Origin: Okamejei kenojei
Taxonomy: Eukaryota
Direction of reading: 5' to 3'
Assembly: GCA_035221665.1 (NCBI GenBank)
Contig: CM069145.1
Span: forward strand, 13,516,001 to 13,580,000
DNA length: 64,000 nt
Made by a program: the position numbers and the translations under genes. The notes beneath the pieces are model-generated. The model searched no databases, was not told where the DNA came from, and saw only the letters and a list, made by a program, of their open reading frames with translations. Positions 1-10,241 of this stretch are shown piece by piece (the first letter of the stretch is position 1; each line of letters begins with the position of its first letter).

Positions 1-200
1 TGATGAACGACTGACTCTTCTTCAGACTGAAAGTCAGGGGAGAGGGAGGCACAGAGATATGGAAGGGTAAGGTGTGAAAATGTGACATCAAAGGGGACGA
101 TGTTCAAGGAAAATGTAGAAAAGATCATTGTTAGCTTGGGGAAGGTGACAACGAAGCAAACAGAGATAAAATGTAATCAAGAGGACAGCCAGACTGTTCG
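1..200 (-). mobile_element. Penelope-derived short repeat fragment (terminal module with partial hammerhead core)
   Basis: cttcttcagactga near 18-31 is the reverse complement of the tcagtctgaagaag module seen at 7468-7480 and 26092-26104, followed by the purine-rich tract typical of this family. Confidence 0.5.
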
Positions 201-409
201 GAGAACTAGAGGGAATACGATTTATTTGGAGGGATAATTGATATTTGAGATATATTACTTTCTATAGAAGGCATTTGAAGTGCTTTGATTTTTTTCTAAA
301 AGCGACAGATGAAAATTACCCTTTACACTGGATAAGTTGTATCAACGATATTAATGCTTGAAGGATCAGTGTGATAATTTACAGTTGGACCTTATTTCAC
401 ACGGTGTAT

Positions 410-490
410 CACTCGACACTTCCTTTTCTAGATCTCTCGGTCTCTAAACAGGAGATAGGCTAGCTAATAACACCCATTATTACATGTGCA
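410..490 (+). mobile_element. Old Penelope-like retroelement RT fragment (left piece of the host interrupted by DIRS)
   Basis: Translates to about LPFLDLSVS..GDRLANNTHY, the PLE RT segment that precedes YKPTDSHSYL. The continuation lies at 4427 onward. Confidence 0.6.
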
Positions 491-749
491 CCAACTACCG
501 ACTAGGGTGTGTGTGACAATAAATAGTAAGATTAAACGAGAACTTACCAGTTTGAAGTTTGATTGTTATTTTATGAGGAGTAACGATGAGGGATTACGTG
601 AAGAAGCCCCGCCTGGCGCTTGATCGGCATACTTCAAAGCAGCGGCATGAAAAACACAGAACATAATAGCCGGAGTAAGATAGTAAGGCTCAACATAGAT
701 TTAGAACTACCAGATGATCATTTATTTTATGAGGGTCGGTAGTGGAGGG

Positions 750-862
750 CACGTAATCCCTCATCGTTACTCCTCATAAAATAACGATCAAACTTCGAAC
801 TGGTAAGTTCTCGTTTAATCTTACTATTTTACTTCGGAGTCACGTGAGTGGCTATGTGAAGA
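750..862. other. DIRS internal complementary region (ICR)
   Basis: 750-829 is the reverse complement of 521-600 (right extension), and 826-862 is the reverse complement of about 4391-4427 (start of left ITR). The two parts join through ctattttactt, the circle-junction sequence. Confidence 0.9.
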
Positions 863-1129
863 TTTTGTAGCTTCTGTGATTTTTATGTCGTAGACTCATT
901 CCATACGACAATCTGGCTCAATCAACACAGTAATGAGCAAATAACACATTTTTTCCCAAACATTGCCTCAGTTTATGTGATAACTTTTTTCCATTATAAA
1001 AGAATGAAAATAATGCCCTTTTCATTGAAAGGCAAATTTATCACCAAATATCCATTGATAATATAATTTGATAGTATAAACAAAGCAACAATTACAGAGA
1101 ACCCAACACTCCGTGTCCAATTCTGACAC

Positions 1130-2000
1130 CATGACTGGTTCCTTGTAACTTTAATATTTATTTTACACCCTCCTGCGGCCTTGAATCTTTGCTCGAGCGG
1201 CCCATCCTGTGCCATTCCTGTGAATGTATCTACCTCCTTAATGGAGTGATTTTCCACATCTCAATGTCTAGTTCCACTGAGTTTTAAACATGTTTTAACC
1301 ATCTAGAATATAATTATCTAGAACTATCAGTTTTTACTGATACTTAATGTGGTTTTTGTGTGTAATAAGTAGTGCTGTCTCACCACCACAGAGACTCTTA
1401 CCTACTTTAACATATTGAGTCAATGTTGACCCATACACAATTTTTGGCCGACAGGATATGCTTAAATTTTACCTTGGTTCCAGCTCTTCCTGGTCTGCTT
1501 TGTTTGGTAAATTCATAAACATATAAGATAATGTAATCTGTAGCCACATGCAATTATATAACGTAACATTTGCAATATTTGCACTCCTATGCTGACACTA
1601 AAGTCATGAGCATTATCACTTTCAATGTGAATCTTTTATTTCNNNNNNNNNNNNNNNNNNNNNNNNNNNNNNNNNNNNNNNNNNNNNNNNNNNNNNNNNN
1701 NNNNNNNNNNNNNNNNNNNNNNNNNNNNNNNNNNNNNNNNNNNNNNNNNNNNNNNNNNNNNNNNNNNNNNNNNNNNNNNNNNNNNNGGATATTACAAATG
1801 AGCCTGATAAATTCTTGGTCAGCAATTTGTCCTAAATAGGACGATAAACACTATGAGCCCTATTATTGGCTCTATCACTTAGATGCTGAGAAAAAATGCA
1901 ATCCACAAGGAACTCCCATATATCTAATATGATAAAATAACTTTTACTGTCTGCAAAAGACTTCCAATTTCTTATAAACAAAATATTGTTTTTAAACTAT
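1130..2000 (-). pseudogene. DIRS tyrosine recombinase (YR) remnant
   Basis: Minus-strand pieces AYPVGQKLC..TLTQYVK..SLCGGETALL, SRWLKHV and HSIKEVDTFTGMAQDGPLEQRFKAAG resemble the YR C-terminal LCPV / ISRW / HSxR / ILKAAGW region. Frameshifted and interrupted by an N gap. Confidence 0.75.
1643..1786. other. Assembly gap (N run)
   Basis: Run of N. Confidence 0.99.
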
Positions 2001-2199
2001 TTCTCCAAATTGGAGGTATAACATTCCTTTTGTACGTAATTGTTATATTGTTATATTAGTTAAAACATTCATAGACCTCTTTGACCGTCAAACTGTTATA
2101 ATGGTCTGGTCAAACCTGCAGATAACCAAATTCATATCTTCATGCCCTGGATAAATTTGTACAACAATAAATTACTGCAACTATGAGTCATCATAACTG

Positions 2200-3950
2200 G
2201 TTCAAACATCATTCTCAACATTAATGAGAACCATGAAGGTCCAGTTTGGGCCACCAAAGCGCCCCTGGCAGCATCCTGCTACATTTTCATCAGACACTGC
2301 CCTATCAGACAAAAATGAGGAACATAAAAGAACATCTTTCCTCATGTAATTTAGCGAAATGCATCCACCGCTCCTGCTCTCAGTTTTCTCATGAGAACAT
2401 TTGAGAGATCGGTGATTTAATCTGAATACAACCAGATTAATGGTAAGTAATCCATATTACTGAAAATGTTTTTCCCCTGATTTGTTGTCTGCGACAACAT
2501 TGTCTCTTCCTTAGAGATAAACAGCTGAACTAAAACATTTTTAGAATATGCCACATCTGGTTACCCAGATAATCACTTGATAATGATCTTACTTGACTCA
2601 TGTGATTGATATATGCCACAGCCATGTTATTGTTCACCTGATATGACATGCACACTTTCATAATAGAACAATAGGCATTTAATCCATAAAAAGCTCCTGA
2701 TACTCCAATAATTAATACAAATGTTTGGAGAAAATTTCTTAGGACAATCCATTTGCAATTCCCTGGTGTTATTGTCCGTAGTCCCCTAAACAAGGGACAT
2801 ATCAAATATTAACTTGATAAGAATAGATATTATTCTTATCTTAACCCAAATAATCACAGAAGCTATCCATCATCCGATAATACTTGCTTCAGCTTGCAAC
2901 GGCTGCTAAGCTTATATATTTCAAGCAGCTTGTGGAACCTTTTCTTTCCACCACTTTAATTCTGATAACGTATCCTTTGGTATTTGCATAGGCCTGTCAA
3001 AAAGGCCTGCATACTCTTATAATGCTTGTGTTTCCCTTTTTTGGAGCTTTTTTACTCTTTTACCTAAGCTCCTTCTCTGATGGAGGGACAAAGTTTGTCA
3101 ACAAAGCAATGAGACATTTGTATCTCGGAAAACATTTTTCCCCCTCATATGGTGCTGAATTACTCCTAAACCCTGAATAGTAATTTAGGAATGTTTATGA
3201 ATGCCTAAACATAGTTTTTATTGGATGGGTCAAGACCCTTGCCTCTCAACAGGCTTGTAATTGCTGCACTAATTTGCAGCTGACTCCTGATCAACCTTCC
3301 AATTTAAAATGTGATCAAGATAAACCATGACCATGTCCTCATTAGTGCAAGTGCTGATCTTCTTATCAGTGCAATTGTTGTTCCAGTAATTATGTGAACA
3401 GCCTAGAACTGAATTTAATCCATTAGACAATGTCTTAACTTGCACGGCTGACCCATTCTAATTAATTCAAGCACCTGTAAATATGATAATAAATTGGTAC
3501 TAAATACCAATCCTTCGAGTCTTATAGTAATGATTAACAATTTGTTAATAACAACTGTTTTTCAATGTTGAAGATGTCCATTTTAATAAAATGTTTTTAC
3601 ACTGTAAAAGTGTATTTAAAATGATGTCTTGTATGGCTTTACCACCACATCTTCTTTTCCCTGGGGAAATTTATGATACAAATTACGTACCTCTTCTTTA
3701 TTGGAGATATTTTGGGTGTAAACCTAAAATCAAGTTTTAGGTTTTCCTATATAGGTGAACCAATTCCTTCTACAATTTTTTTTGTAGATCCTTTACACAT
3801 TAAAATAAACCAACCCTTTGTTATGCCATATCATTGATCATAACACACCTGTAATCTCCCACAATTGGAGATTTCATCAACTTCTTCTGTAACAAGTTTT
3901 TGCACCTCTTCAAATGTACATGAAGCCTTTCCTTCCCAATCATATGGGTT
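2200..3950 (-). pseudogene. DIRS pol remnant (RT - RNase H - methyltransferase-like)
   Basis: RT: PRLFT...MVYLDHIL near 3300-3405. RNase H: ORF 2530-2805 (VNNNMAVAYINHMSQVRSLSSDYLGNQMWH). MT-like: FRLNHR and FYVPHFCLIGQCL, comparable to FASRLN and FYAFPPFCLIG, near 2230-2440. Confidence 0.82.
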
Positions 3951-4214
3951 CACATAAGGCTGTGTTGGATAAATATTTATTTATCATATTTCTGCCATTT
4001 TGATCCATTATCAAATCTTTACATCGGATCATAATTTTTCCAAAGTTTAATGACCAATATTTCCTTTGTAATCAATGTCTTTGATTTATCCCGAGGCAGG
4101 TTTACTCCATAATAATCAGGAGTTTAACATAACTTGATCTGTTTTGACCTGCAAATCTAAAGTGCAAAATTGGTCCCAATAACAATTATAATTATAATTA
4201 CTTGATCCTAATTT

Positions 4215-4368
4215 CTTGATCCTGAGCTGTGGCTTCCCCTCTATCTTTGTTAACAAAGCCCTTGACCACCTTTCATCCGTTTCTTATGCATTTGCTTTCA
4301 CTCCCACTCCTCCAGGACACAGATAAGGTTAGAGTTCTGCTGGACTCGCCTTCCATCATTTTTTTTGC
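4215..4368 (+). repeat. About 150-bp near-identical copy of 4573-4728, located inside the DIRS element
   Basis: ttcttgatcctga(g/a)ctgtggcttcccctc...ccatcattttttttgc is present twice; ORFs 4229 and 4589 share their first 47 aa. Confidence 0.95.
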
Positions 4369-4426
4369 CGATCAAACGCCAGGCGGGGCTTCTTCACGTA
4401 GTCACTCACGTGATTCCGAAGTAAAA

Positions 4427-4825
4427 TGAACCTTATGAACTACCACATCTATCTCAACTCCTCTGTGTCACACCCTGCCTCCGGCAAGGACTCTGTTCCA
4501 CTCTCCCAGTTCATCCATCTGTATTGTATTTGCTGCAACAAGACTTTCTGTACAAGTGCCTCTGAAGTGTTTTTCTTGATCCTGAACTGTGGCTTCCCCT
4601 CTATCTTTGTTAACAAAGCCCTTGACCACCTTTCATCCGTTTCTTATGCATTTGCTTTCACTCCCACTCCTCCAGGACACAGATAAGGTTAGAGTTCTGC
4701 TGGACTCGCCTTCCATCATTTTTTTTGCAAGAAATCTCACCACTTTTCCTCTTCACTCCCTTCAGTATTTTGCACGGACCGTTTGTAACTTCCCTGTCCA
4801 CTCTTCCATTCCCACAAATCACACC
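4427..4825 (+). mobile_element. Old Penelope-like element, RT thumb fragment (middle piece)
   Basis: HIYLNSSVSHPASGKDSVPLSQFIHLYCIC resembles the PLE motif HSYLDYTSSHPxSCKDSIPYSQFLRLRRIC. Confidence 0.8.
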
Positions 4826-4829
4826 ACTT

Positions 4830-5795
4830 TAGACTTTGGCCGTACACCAGCACTATCCTACACACTAGGGACAATTGACAATTTACAGCAGCCAATTAAC
4901 CTACAAACCTGCATGTCTTTGGAATGTGGGAGGAACCTGGAGCACACAGAGAAAATCACAGGGGGAATGTACAAACTTGGTACAGACAGGCACCCATAGT
5001 CAGGATCAGAATCAGAATCAGATTCACACTTTATTCGGCAAGTATGTTTTGCAACATACGAGGAATTTCATTGGCCAGGTCAGTCATACAACTAGAAGTA
5101 ACAGATCACTTCAAAAACACATTTTAACATGAACATCCATCACAGTGACTCCTACACATTCCTCACTGCGATGGAAGGTGAAATAAAGTTCAAGTCCTTC
5201 CCCTTAGTTCTTCCTCGGTCGTGGGCCTTGAGTCTCCATTGACGGGATGATCTTAACTCCCGTAGCCGGCGGCGTTTGGGCCCTCCGCGTCAAGGCGATC
5301 TGCTCCTGCATCGGGGGGGGGGGGGGGGGCGATGTCAGCTCCCACGTGCTGGACGATCAAACCTCGTGTCGGGGCTGGTGAACCTTCAGCGACGTTGGAG
5401 CTCCCGACTCGGCCTCACCCGAGACTGTGAGCCCTTGATGTTCATTCCACGGTGGTCGCGGTGGGAGCGATCCTAGGCAAGGGATCCGCTCCGATGTTAA
5501 GTCCGCGCGCCGTGGTGGGGCTCACCACAGACCAAGGAGGCTTCCAGCTCCATCGATGGTAGGCTGCAGAGCCCGGAGAATGTGATCCGAAAATTGATCA
5601 CATCTCCGGGTAGGTAAGAACATGAAAAAAAGTTTCCCCCGATCCCCTCTCCCCTCCACCCACATAAAACAAACCGAAGAACATTAAAACAAAACTTTTA
5701 ACAAACTAAAAATCTCCCCGGCGCCCCTGGTGGTCGATCCCGTGTCTCTGGCGCTGCGAAGCAGCAAATCTACCGTTGAACCACCGTGCCGACCC
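4830..5795 (-). mobile_element. HE1/V-SINE-like tRNA-derived SINE split by an insertion at about 5006-5734
   Basis: 4830-5005 and 5735-5795 join into the reverse complement of the SINE at 11254-11547 (gccaattaacctacaaac...gtgggaggaa...cagtcaggatc | gatcccgtgtctctggcgctg...ccaccgtgcc). Confidence 0.8.
5006..5734 (-). mobile_element. Non-coding GC-rich retroposon with Rex1-like 3' tail and (TTCTGA)n end
   Basis: Begins on + with agaatcagaatcaga..tttattcggcaagtat..catacgaggaattt, similar to the reverse complement of the Rex1 3' end at 29638-29671. CpG-rich body, no recognisable ORF. Confidence 0.55.
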
Positions 5796-5799
5796 TTAA

Positions 5800-6215
5800 C
5801 TGTGCTGCCATTGCAAGATATTTTCTCTTGCAATGGCAGGCTATGCAACTCTTGTACGTTGACCTCTTTCCTTTGCACCATTCAGGGACCTAAAGAGTCT
5901 TTCCAGGCAAAGCAGTGAATCACTTCCAATTCTTCCCATGTAACATATTGCATAGTTCACACTGTGGTCCCTCTACAGTGGCGAAACCAAATGCTCTGCA
6001 GGGCATCCACGTTTAGACCACATTGGTGACACTGCCTCTCGCTGTCGGCCTCTTTAATTCACCATCCCACTCCTACTCCGGCCTATCTGACCTATTAGTC
6101 TGTGGCCTCCTGAACTGTTACAATGAGGCTCAAAACAGAACAGCTCATCATCTTCCATCTGGCCTTCCTGCAGCTTTCTGGACACATTATTGAATTTTAC
6201 AATTTTAGGTAGCTT
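5800..6215 (+). mobile_element. Old Penelope-like element, Cys linker and GIY-YIG endonuclease remnant (right piece)
   Basis: FSCNGRLCNSCTLTSFLCTIQGPKESFQAKQ followed by YCI..CG..YxGETK-like sequence. The Cys-rich linker is characteristic of Neptune-type PLEs. Confidence 0.8.
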
Positions 6216-6304
6216 CATCTCCCTTGATTGTAACTGTTATCCATTTGTGAGATTGGCTTAGCTTTTCCAGTATCCCCTTTTTATATCCTAACAAAGAAGA
6301 CAAA

Positions 6305-6545
6305 GTGGAATTTCTTTAGTCAGAAGGCGGTGATCTGTGGAATTCATTGCCACAAAAGGCTGTGGAGGACATCAATTGATATTTTTAAGGTGGAGAATGA
6401 CAAATTCTTGATTCGTAAGGATGTCTGGGGTTATGGGGAGAAGGCAGGAGAATGGGGTTGAGAGGGAAAGATAGATCAGACATGATTGAATGGTGGAGTA
6501 GATTTGATGGGTCAAATGGCCTAATTCTGCTCCTAGAACATTTGA
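6305..6545 (+). mobile_element. CR1-clade LINE 3' end
   Basis: Encodes a FFSQxVVxLWNSLP..FKxExDKFL-like ORF2 C-terminus, followed by the gatgggtcaaatggcctaattctgctcct 3' stem-loop. Confidence 0.75.
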
Positions 6546-6586
6546 ACATTTTCCTCTCTGCGAGTGGAGTACACACTAAACGTGAC

Positions 6587-6880
6587 CTTTAGTTTAGTTT
6601 AGAGATACAGTGTGGAAACAGGCCCTACGGCCCACTGAGTACGCGCTGACCAGTGATCCCCACGCATTAACACTACCCAACACACACTTGGGATAATCTT
6701 ACATTTTATACTGAGCTAATTAACCTACAAACCTCTACGTCTTTGCAGTGTGCGAGGAAACCGAAAATCTCGGAGAAAACCCACACAGGTCACATGGAGA
6801 ACGTACAAACTACATACACAGACAGCACAGGTAGTCAGTATCGAACCGGGGTCTCTGGCACTGTAAGGCAGTAGCTTATG
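6587..6880 (-). mobile_element. HE1/V-SINE-like SINE
   Basis: (tttag)n tail, ggaaacaggccc, central V-like domain, and B-box complement atcgaacc at about 6840. Confidence 0.85.
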
Positions 6881-7141
6881 GCTACCCACTGAGCACATTT
6901 TCCTGCTCTGAATTTTGCATCTCCTACATTATTTTATCAATGTTCTTATTCTCTCACTGTTCCTGTTGACACATTGACCAGATAGCCTTGTTTACAGCTG
7001 ATCTCCATGGTCACCCTGTTTTGGAAATTGTCAACCTGGAAAGAATGGTGTCTTGCAAAGAAAACAGTTTCAGGGAAAAAATAATTCCATGCAACCTCCC
7101 TGCAGTAATCAGGCACCAACGTCTCTTATGGACATGGTCTG

Positions 7142-7548
7142 GAGCAACACCGCAAGCTGGAGGAACAGCACCTCATATTCCGTTTGGGGAGTCTGCATCC
7201 TTTGGGCTTGAATATTGAATTTTCTCAATTCTGTTAACCCTTGCTGTCTCCTCCCCTTCCCACCTCTCCCTCAGCCCTCGGGCCCTGGCATTCCCTCTAT
7301 CTCTATCTCTCCCCCACCCTAGTCGCACCAGCTTCTCATTTTCACACCACAAACAGCTTACAATGGCTTGTTCCCTTTATCACCGATACTTTTTTGCATA
7401 TCTTTCACTCATTGTTCCTTATCTCTCCACATCACCGTCTATATCTCTCGTTTCCCTGATCCCTGACCAGTCTGAAGAAGGGTCTCGACCCGAAACGTCG
7501 CCTATCTCCTTCGCTCCTTAGATGCTGCTGCACCCGCTGAGTTTCTCC

Positions 7549-7586
<38 letters not shown>

Positions 7587-7593
7587 TGTACCC
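7142..7593 (+). mobile_element. Young 5'-truncated Penelope-like insertion with 20-bp TSD
   Basis: tctcttatggacatggtctg at 7122-7141 and 7594-7613. The body closely matches 25772-26186. The site is empty in the second copy (about 59695-59720). Confidence 0.92.
7472..7499 (+). ncRNA. Minimal type I hammerhead ribozyme motif (PLE-associated)
   Basis: CTGAAGA (C3-A9), an extra A, helix II GGGT/CTCG/ACCC, GAAA, then CGTC (vestigial palindromic helix III, GUC cleavage triplet). Helix I is weak. Confidence 0.65.
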
Positions 7594-7974
7594 TCTCTTA
7601 TGGACATGGTCTGTAGTTTCACCGCTGGTAAAATTAACAGATAATTTTAGTAATGTTTAGTCTGCTGATTTTACTTATTCATCATCAAAGATTTTATATT
7701 TGACCTTCCCATTTCCCTCAATATTTGGGGGAAAAAAAATCACTTCCTGTCTGAATACACAGTTACTGAATCGCTTTAAATGAGCTGAGACTGGACTGGA
7801 GCAATGGTAAAGGTATGCTAAATAAAGCAAATAAAAAATTGGAAACTTGAAATAAAAACAAAAAATGGGAGCAAGAAACAGAATTAAATGCCATCAAGCT
7901 AAAATGTTCATTTTCTTTCTTTCTTTCCATATGCTGCCTGACCTGATGAGTGGTTCCAGCATTTTCAGTTTAAT

Positions 7975-8178
7975 AGAGTCTCAGAAATATGCTCTTTGGC
8001 CCAAGTCGTCCATGCCAACCAAGGTGTCTTCCTGAGCTAGTCCCATTTATCTGCATTTGGCCCATTCCCTCAAAACCTTTCCCATCCATGAGCCTGTCCA
8101 AATGTCTTTTAAACATTGTAACTATACCCGCGTCCACCAATTCCTTTGGCAGCTGATTCCACATGCCCATCACCTTCT
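7975..8178 (-). mobile_element. CR1-clade LINE 3' end
   Basis: ORF 7970-8173 (MWNQLPKELVDAGIVTMFKRHLDRLMD) matches the CR1 ORF2 C-terminus. Confidence 0.8.
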
Positions 8179-8229
8179 ATGTTTTATGAAGGTTTTGGAG
8201 GGTTTGTCTCCACCGAGTTAGTACATTTA

Positions 8230-8651
8230 AGGGGCTGTCCCACTTGGGCGACCTAATTGGCGAGTTTAGAAGAGTTTGAAAAAATGTCATGTTGAAGACT
8301 ATGTAGAAGACCTCCTTCGACCTCCCTTCGACTATGATGAAGACTATCTACGACTACCTTCGACTACCCTCGATTACCTACGACTAACATGCCGACCTAC
8401 TCCGACTAAACCCACGAGAAAAGAAAGTATCGATTTCTTCCATGGCGACATTTTTTTACTCGCAGGCATTTGTCAACGTTGGAAAATACGCCGCGACCTA
8501 GCTGAGGCCTCGAGTACGCGGGGACCACTCTCGAGCATGAAGGAGAGTTACAAAGACCTCCTGGGACCTCGTTTCGACTATGCTGTGAGTATGAGTCGAG
8601 GGCAAAGTCTCCAGAACTTGCGGATTAGGTCGCCCAAGTGGGACAGCCCCT
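8230..8651. mobile_element. PIF/Harbinger-type MITE
   Basis: Perfect 28-bp TIR AGGGGCTGTCCCACTTGGGCGACCTAAT (8230-8257 / 8624-8651) with TTA on both flanks (3-bp TWA TSD). Internal (cgacta)-like repeats. Confidence 0.88.
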
Positions 8652-9499
8652 TTACTAAAATAAATTACCTAAAATGCTGCTTTGTGCCCCTATTTTGGAA
8701 TTAATTTGGGGAACCCTTTGCAAAGGGTGAAAGGAGCATCCGTTAATTGCAAGACAAAATTTCTCTATGCATTTTGGGGGCTTTTGACTTTACTGCTTCC
8801 CCCTTCACCGTTATATTTATGATTATAAAAATTTCTTCCAACAAGGAAAATAAATCTTCTCATCTTCCTCACGGGGATGCCAAAGCAGCTTTCTTCATGG
8901 GTTATCCAGGAGGCAGCAAGCTGTCAGAAGAAAACATTGAATGCTTTAAAACATTTGGAGCCAAGTAAAAACTGGTTAATACTTAATGTAGGTCAGATAA
9001 ACATTGCAACTTAACCTCGTGATTTAGTGGAAGATGTAAAGGAACCCTTGCACAAGAAGTCATTTTAGACTGTGGTGCTCAGAGAAAAGAATAATTCCAT
9101 TGCAATTACTGAGTGAATGGGCAGAGGCCCAACGTGAAGCATTGCACTGGAAACCAGTGCAGTTCTCTGCATGTCATGTAGAAACTTCAAATGATTTTTC
9201 ATTTGAATTGACTGCAGTCAACATTACCAGATCAGTCCATCCCCTCAGGCATCCTGCAAGTGTTATTCACTGCTATTTTCATCAAAGCATCCATCGTGAA
9301 TTAAAACAGAAATTACTGGCTGATGTTAGGAGCTTTTCTATTTTGACTGTTAATTATGCAATAATAATAACTCTCTATTTTTGGGTATTGAAATTACAAT
9401 ACTTGCATAATACCAGTTGAGTTCAACTGTTCTAATAGTGTGTAAAGTTGTACCTTATGGCAACGCACATGTACAATTTAATAGATCTTCCTATATATG

Positions 9500-9790
9500 G
9501 ACAATAGACAATAAACAATAGGTGCAGGAGTAGGCCATTTGGCCCTTTGAGCCAGCACCGCCATTCAATGTGATCATGGCTGATCATCCACATTCAGTAC
9601 CCCATTCCTGCCTTCTCACCATATCCCCTGACTGCTATCTTTAAGAGCTCTATCTAACTCTCTCTTGAAAGCATCCAGAAAATTAGCCTCCACTGCCTTC
9701 TGAGGCAGAGAATTCCACAGATTCACAACTCTCTGGGTAAAAAGGTTTTTCCTCATCTCCGTTCTAAATGGCCAACGCCTTATTCTTAAA
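9500..9790 (-). mobile_element. CR1-clade LINE 3' end with (TATTGTC)n tail
   Basis: gacaatagacaataaacaataggtgcaggagtaggccatt... is reverse-complement homologous to 6305-6545. Confidence 0.8.
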
Positions 9791-10241
9791 CATTACCCCT
9801 CAACAGACGTAAAAATAAGATGGATCCCACTCATTGCTTGCAATTAAAACTGTTGCTGAGAAGTTATGGTAAGTCAAAGAAAGAGCAAGGCTTGTACCTA
9901 GACCTGATTGAAAGGTCATGGTCTTGTTTAGCATTTTGAGTGTGAATTGGCCTTCTGGAGGAGCAAGGTAACAGCCTGCTCACCTGCCCTTATTTATGGC
10001 CCTGCATGTTTGCGATATCCAAATATTCTCTTGCTTTTTGAATTTACTTGCTAAATAACAAATGTTGCAGAATTATATTACTAATTCCAAATGTAAATGT
10101 TATGTTTCATGTATCATGAGCCCATCTATTCTTCTGCAAATTAACTCATGGCTTACCATCCTTGTTTACTCTCATGCAGAGTGTGTCATTCCATAAATAT
10201 GTTTCTTCTTAATGGACAGTCCCTTGGGATCATGTGTAGTA

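Larger units (their letters stand above)
521..4426 (-). mobile_element. DIRS1-like tyrosine-recombinase retrotransposon, degenerate, gag region deleted
   Basis: ITR pair tacgtgaagaagccccgcctggcg(c/t)ttgatcggca at 595-629 and, inverted, at 4366-4400. ICR at 750-862. Ends read AAA on + (TTT on -). Minus-strand remnants of RT (MVYLDHIL, YLDD-like), RNase H (NNMAVAYINHM, DNTTAVAYIN-like), MT-like domain and YR. Confidence 0.92.

Noticed and set aside
8276-8704. 142-aa ORF with DY/LR repeats
   Set aside because: It lies within a TIR-bounded MITE with internal short repeats, has no transposase motifs, and runs past the TIR.
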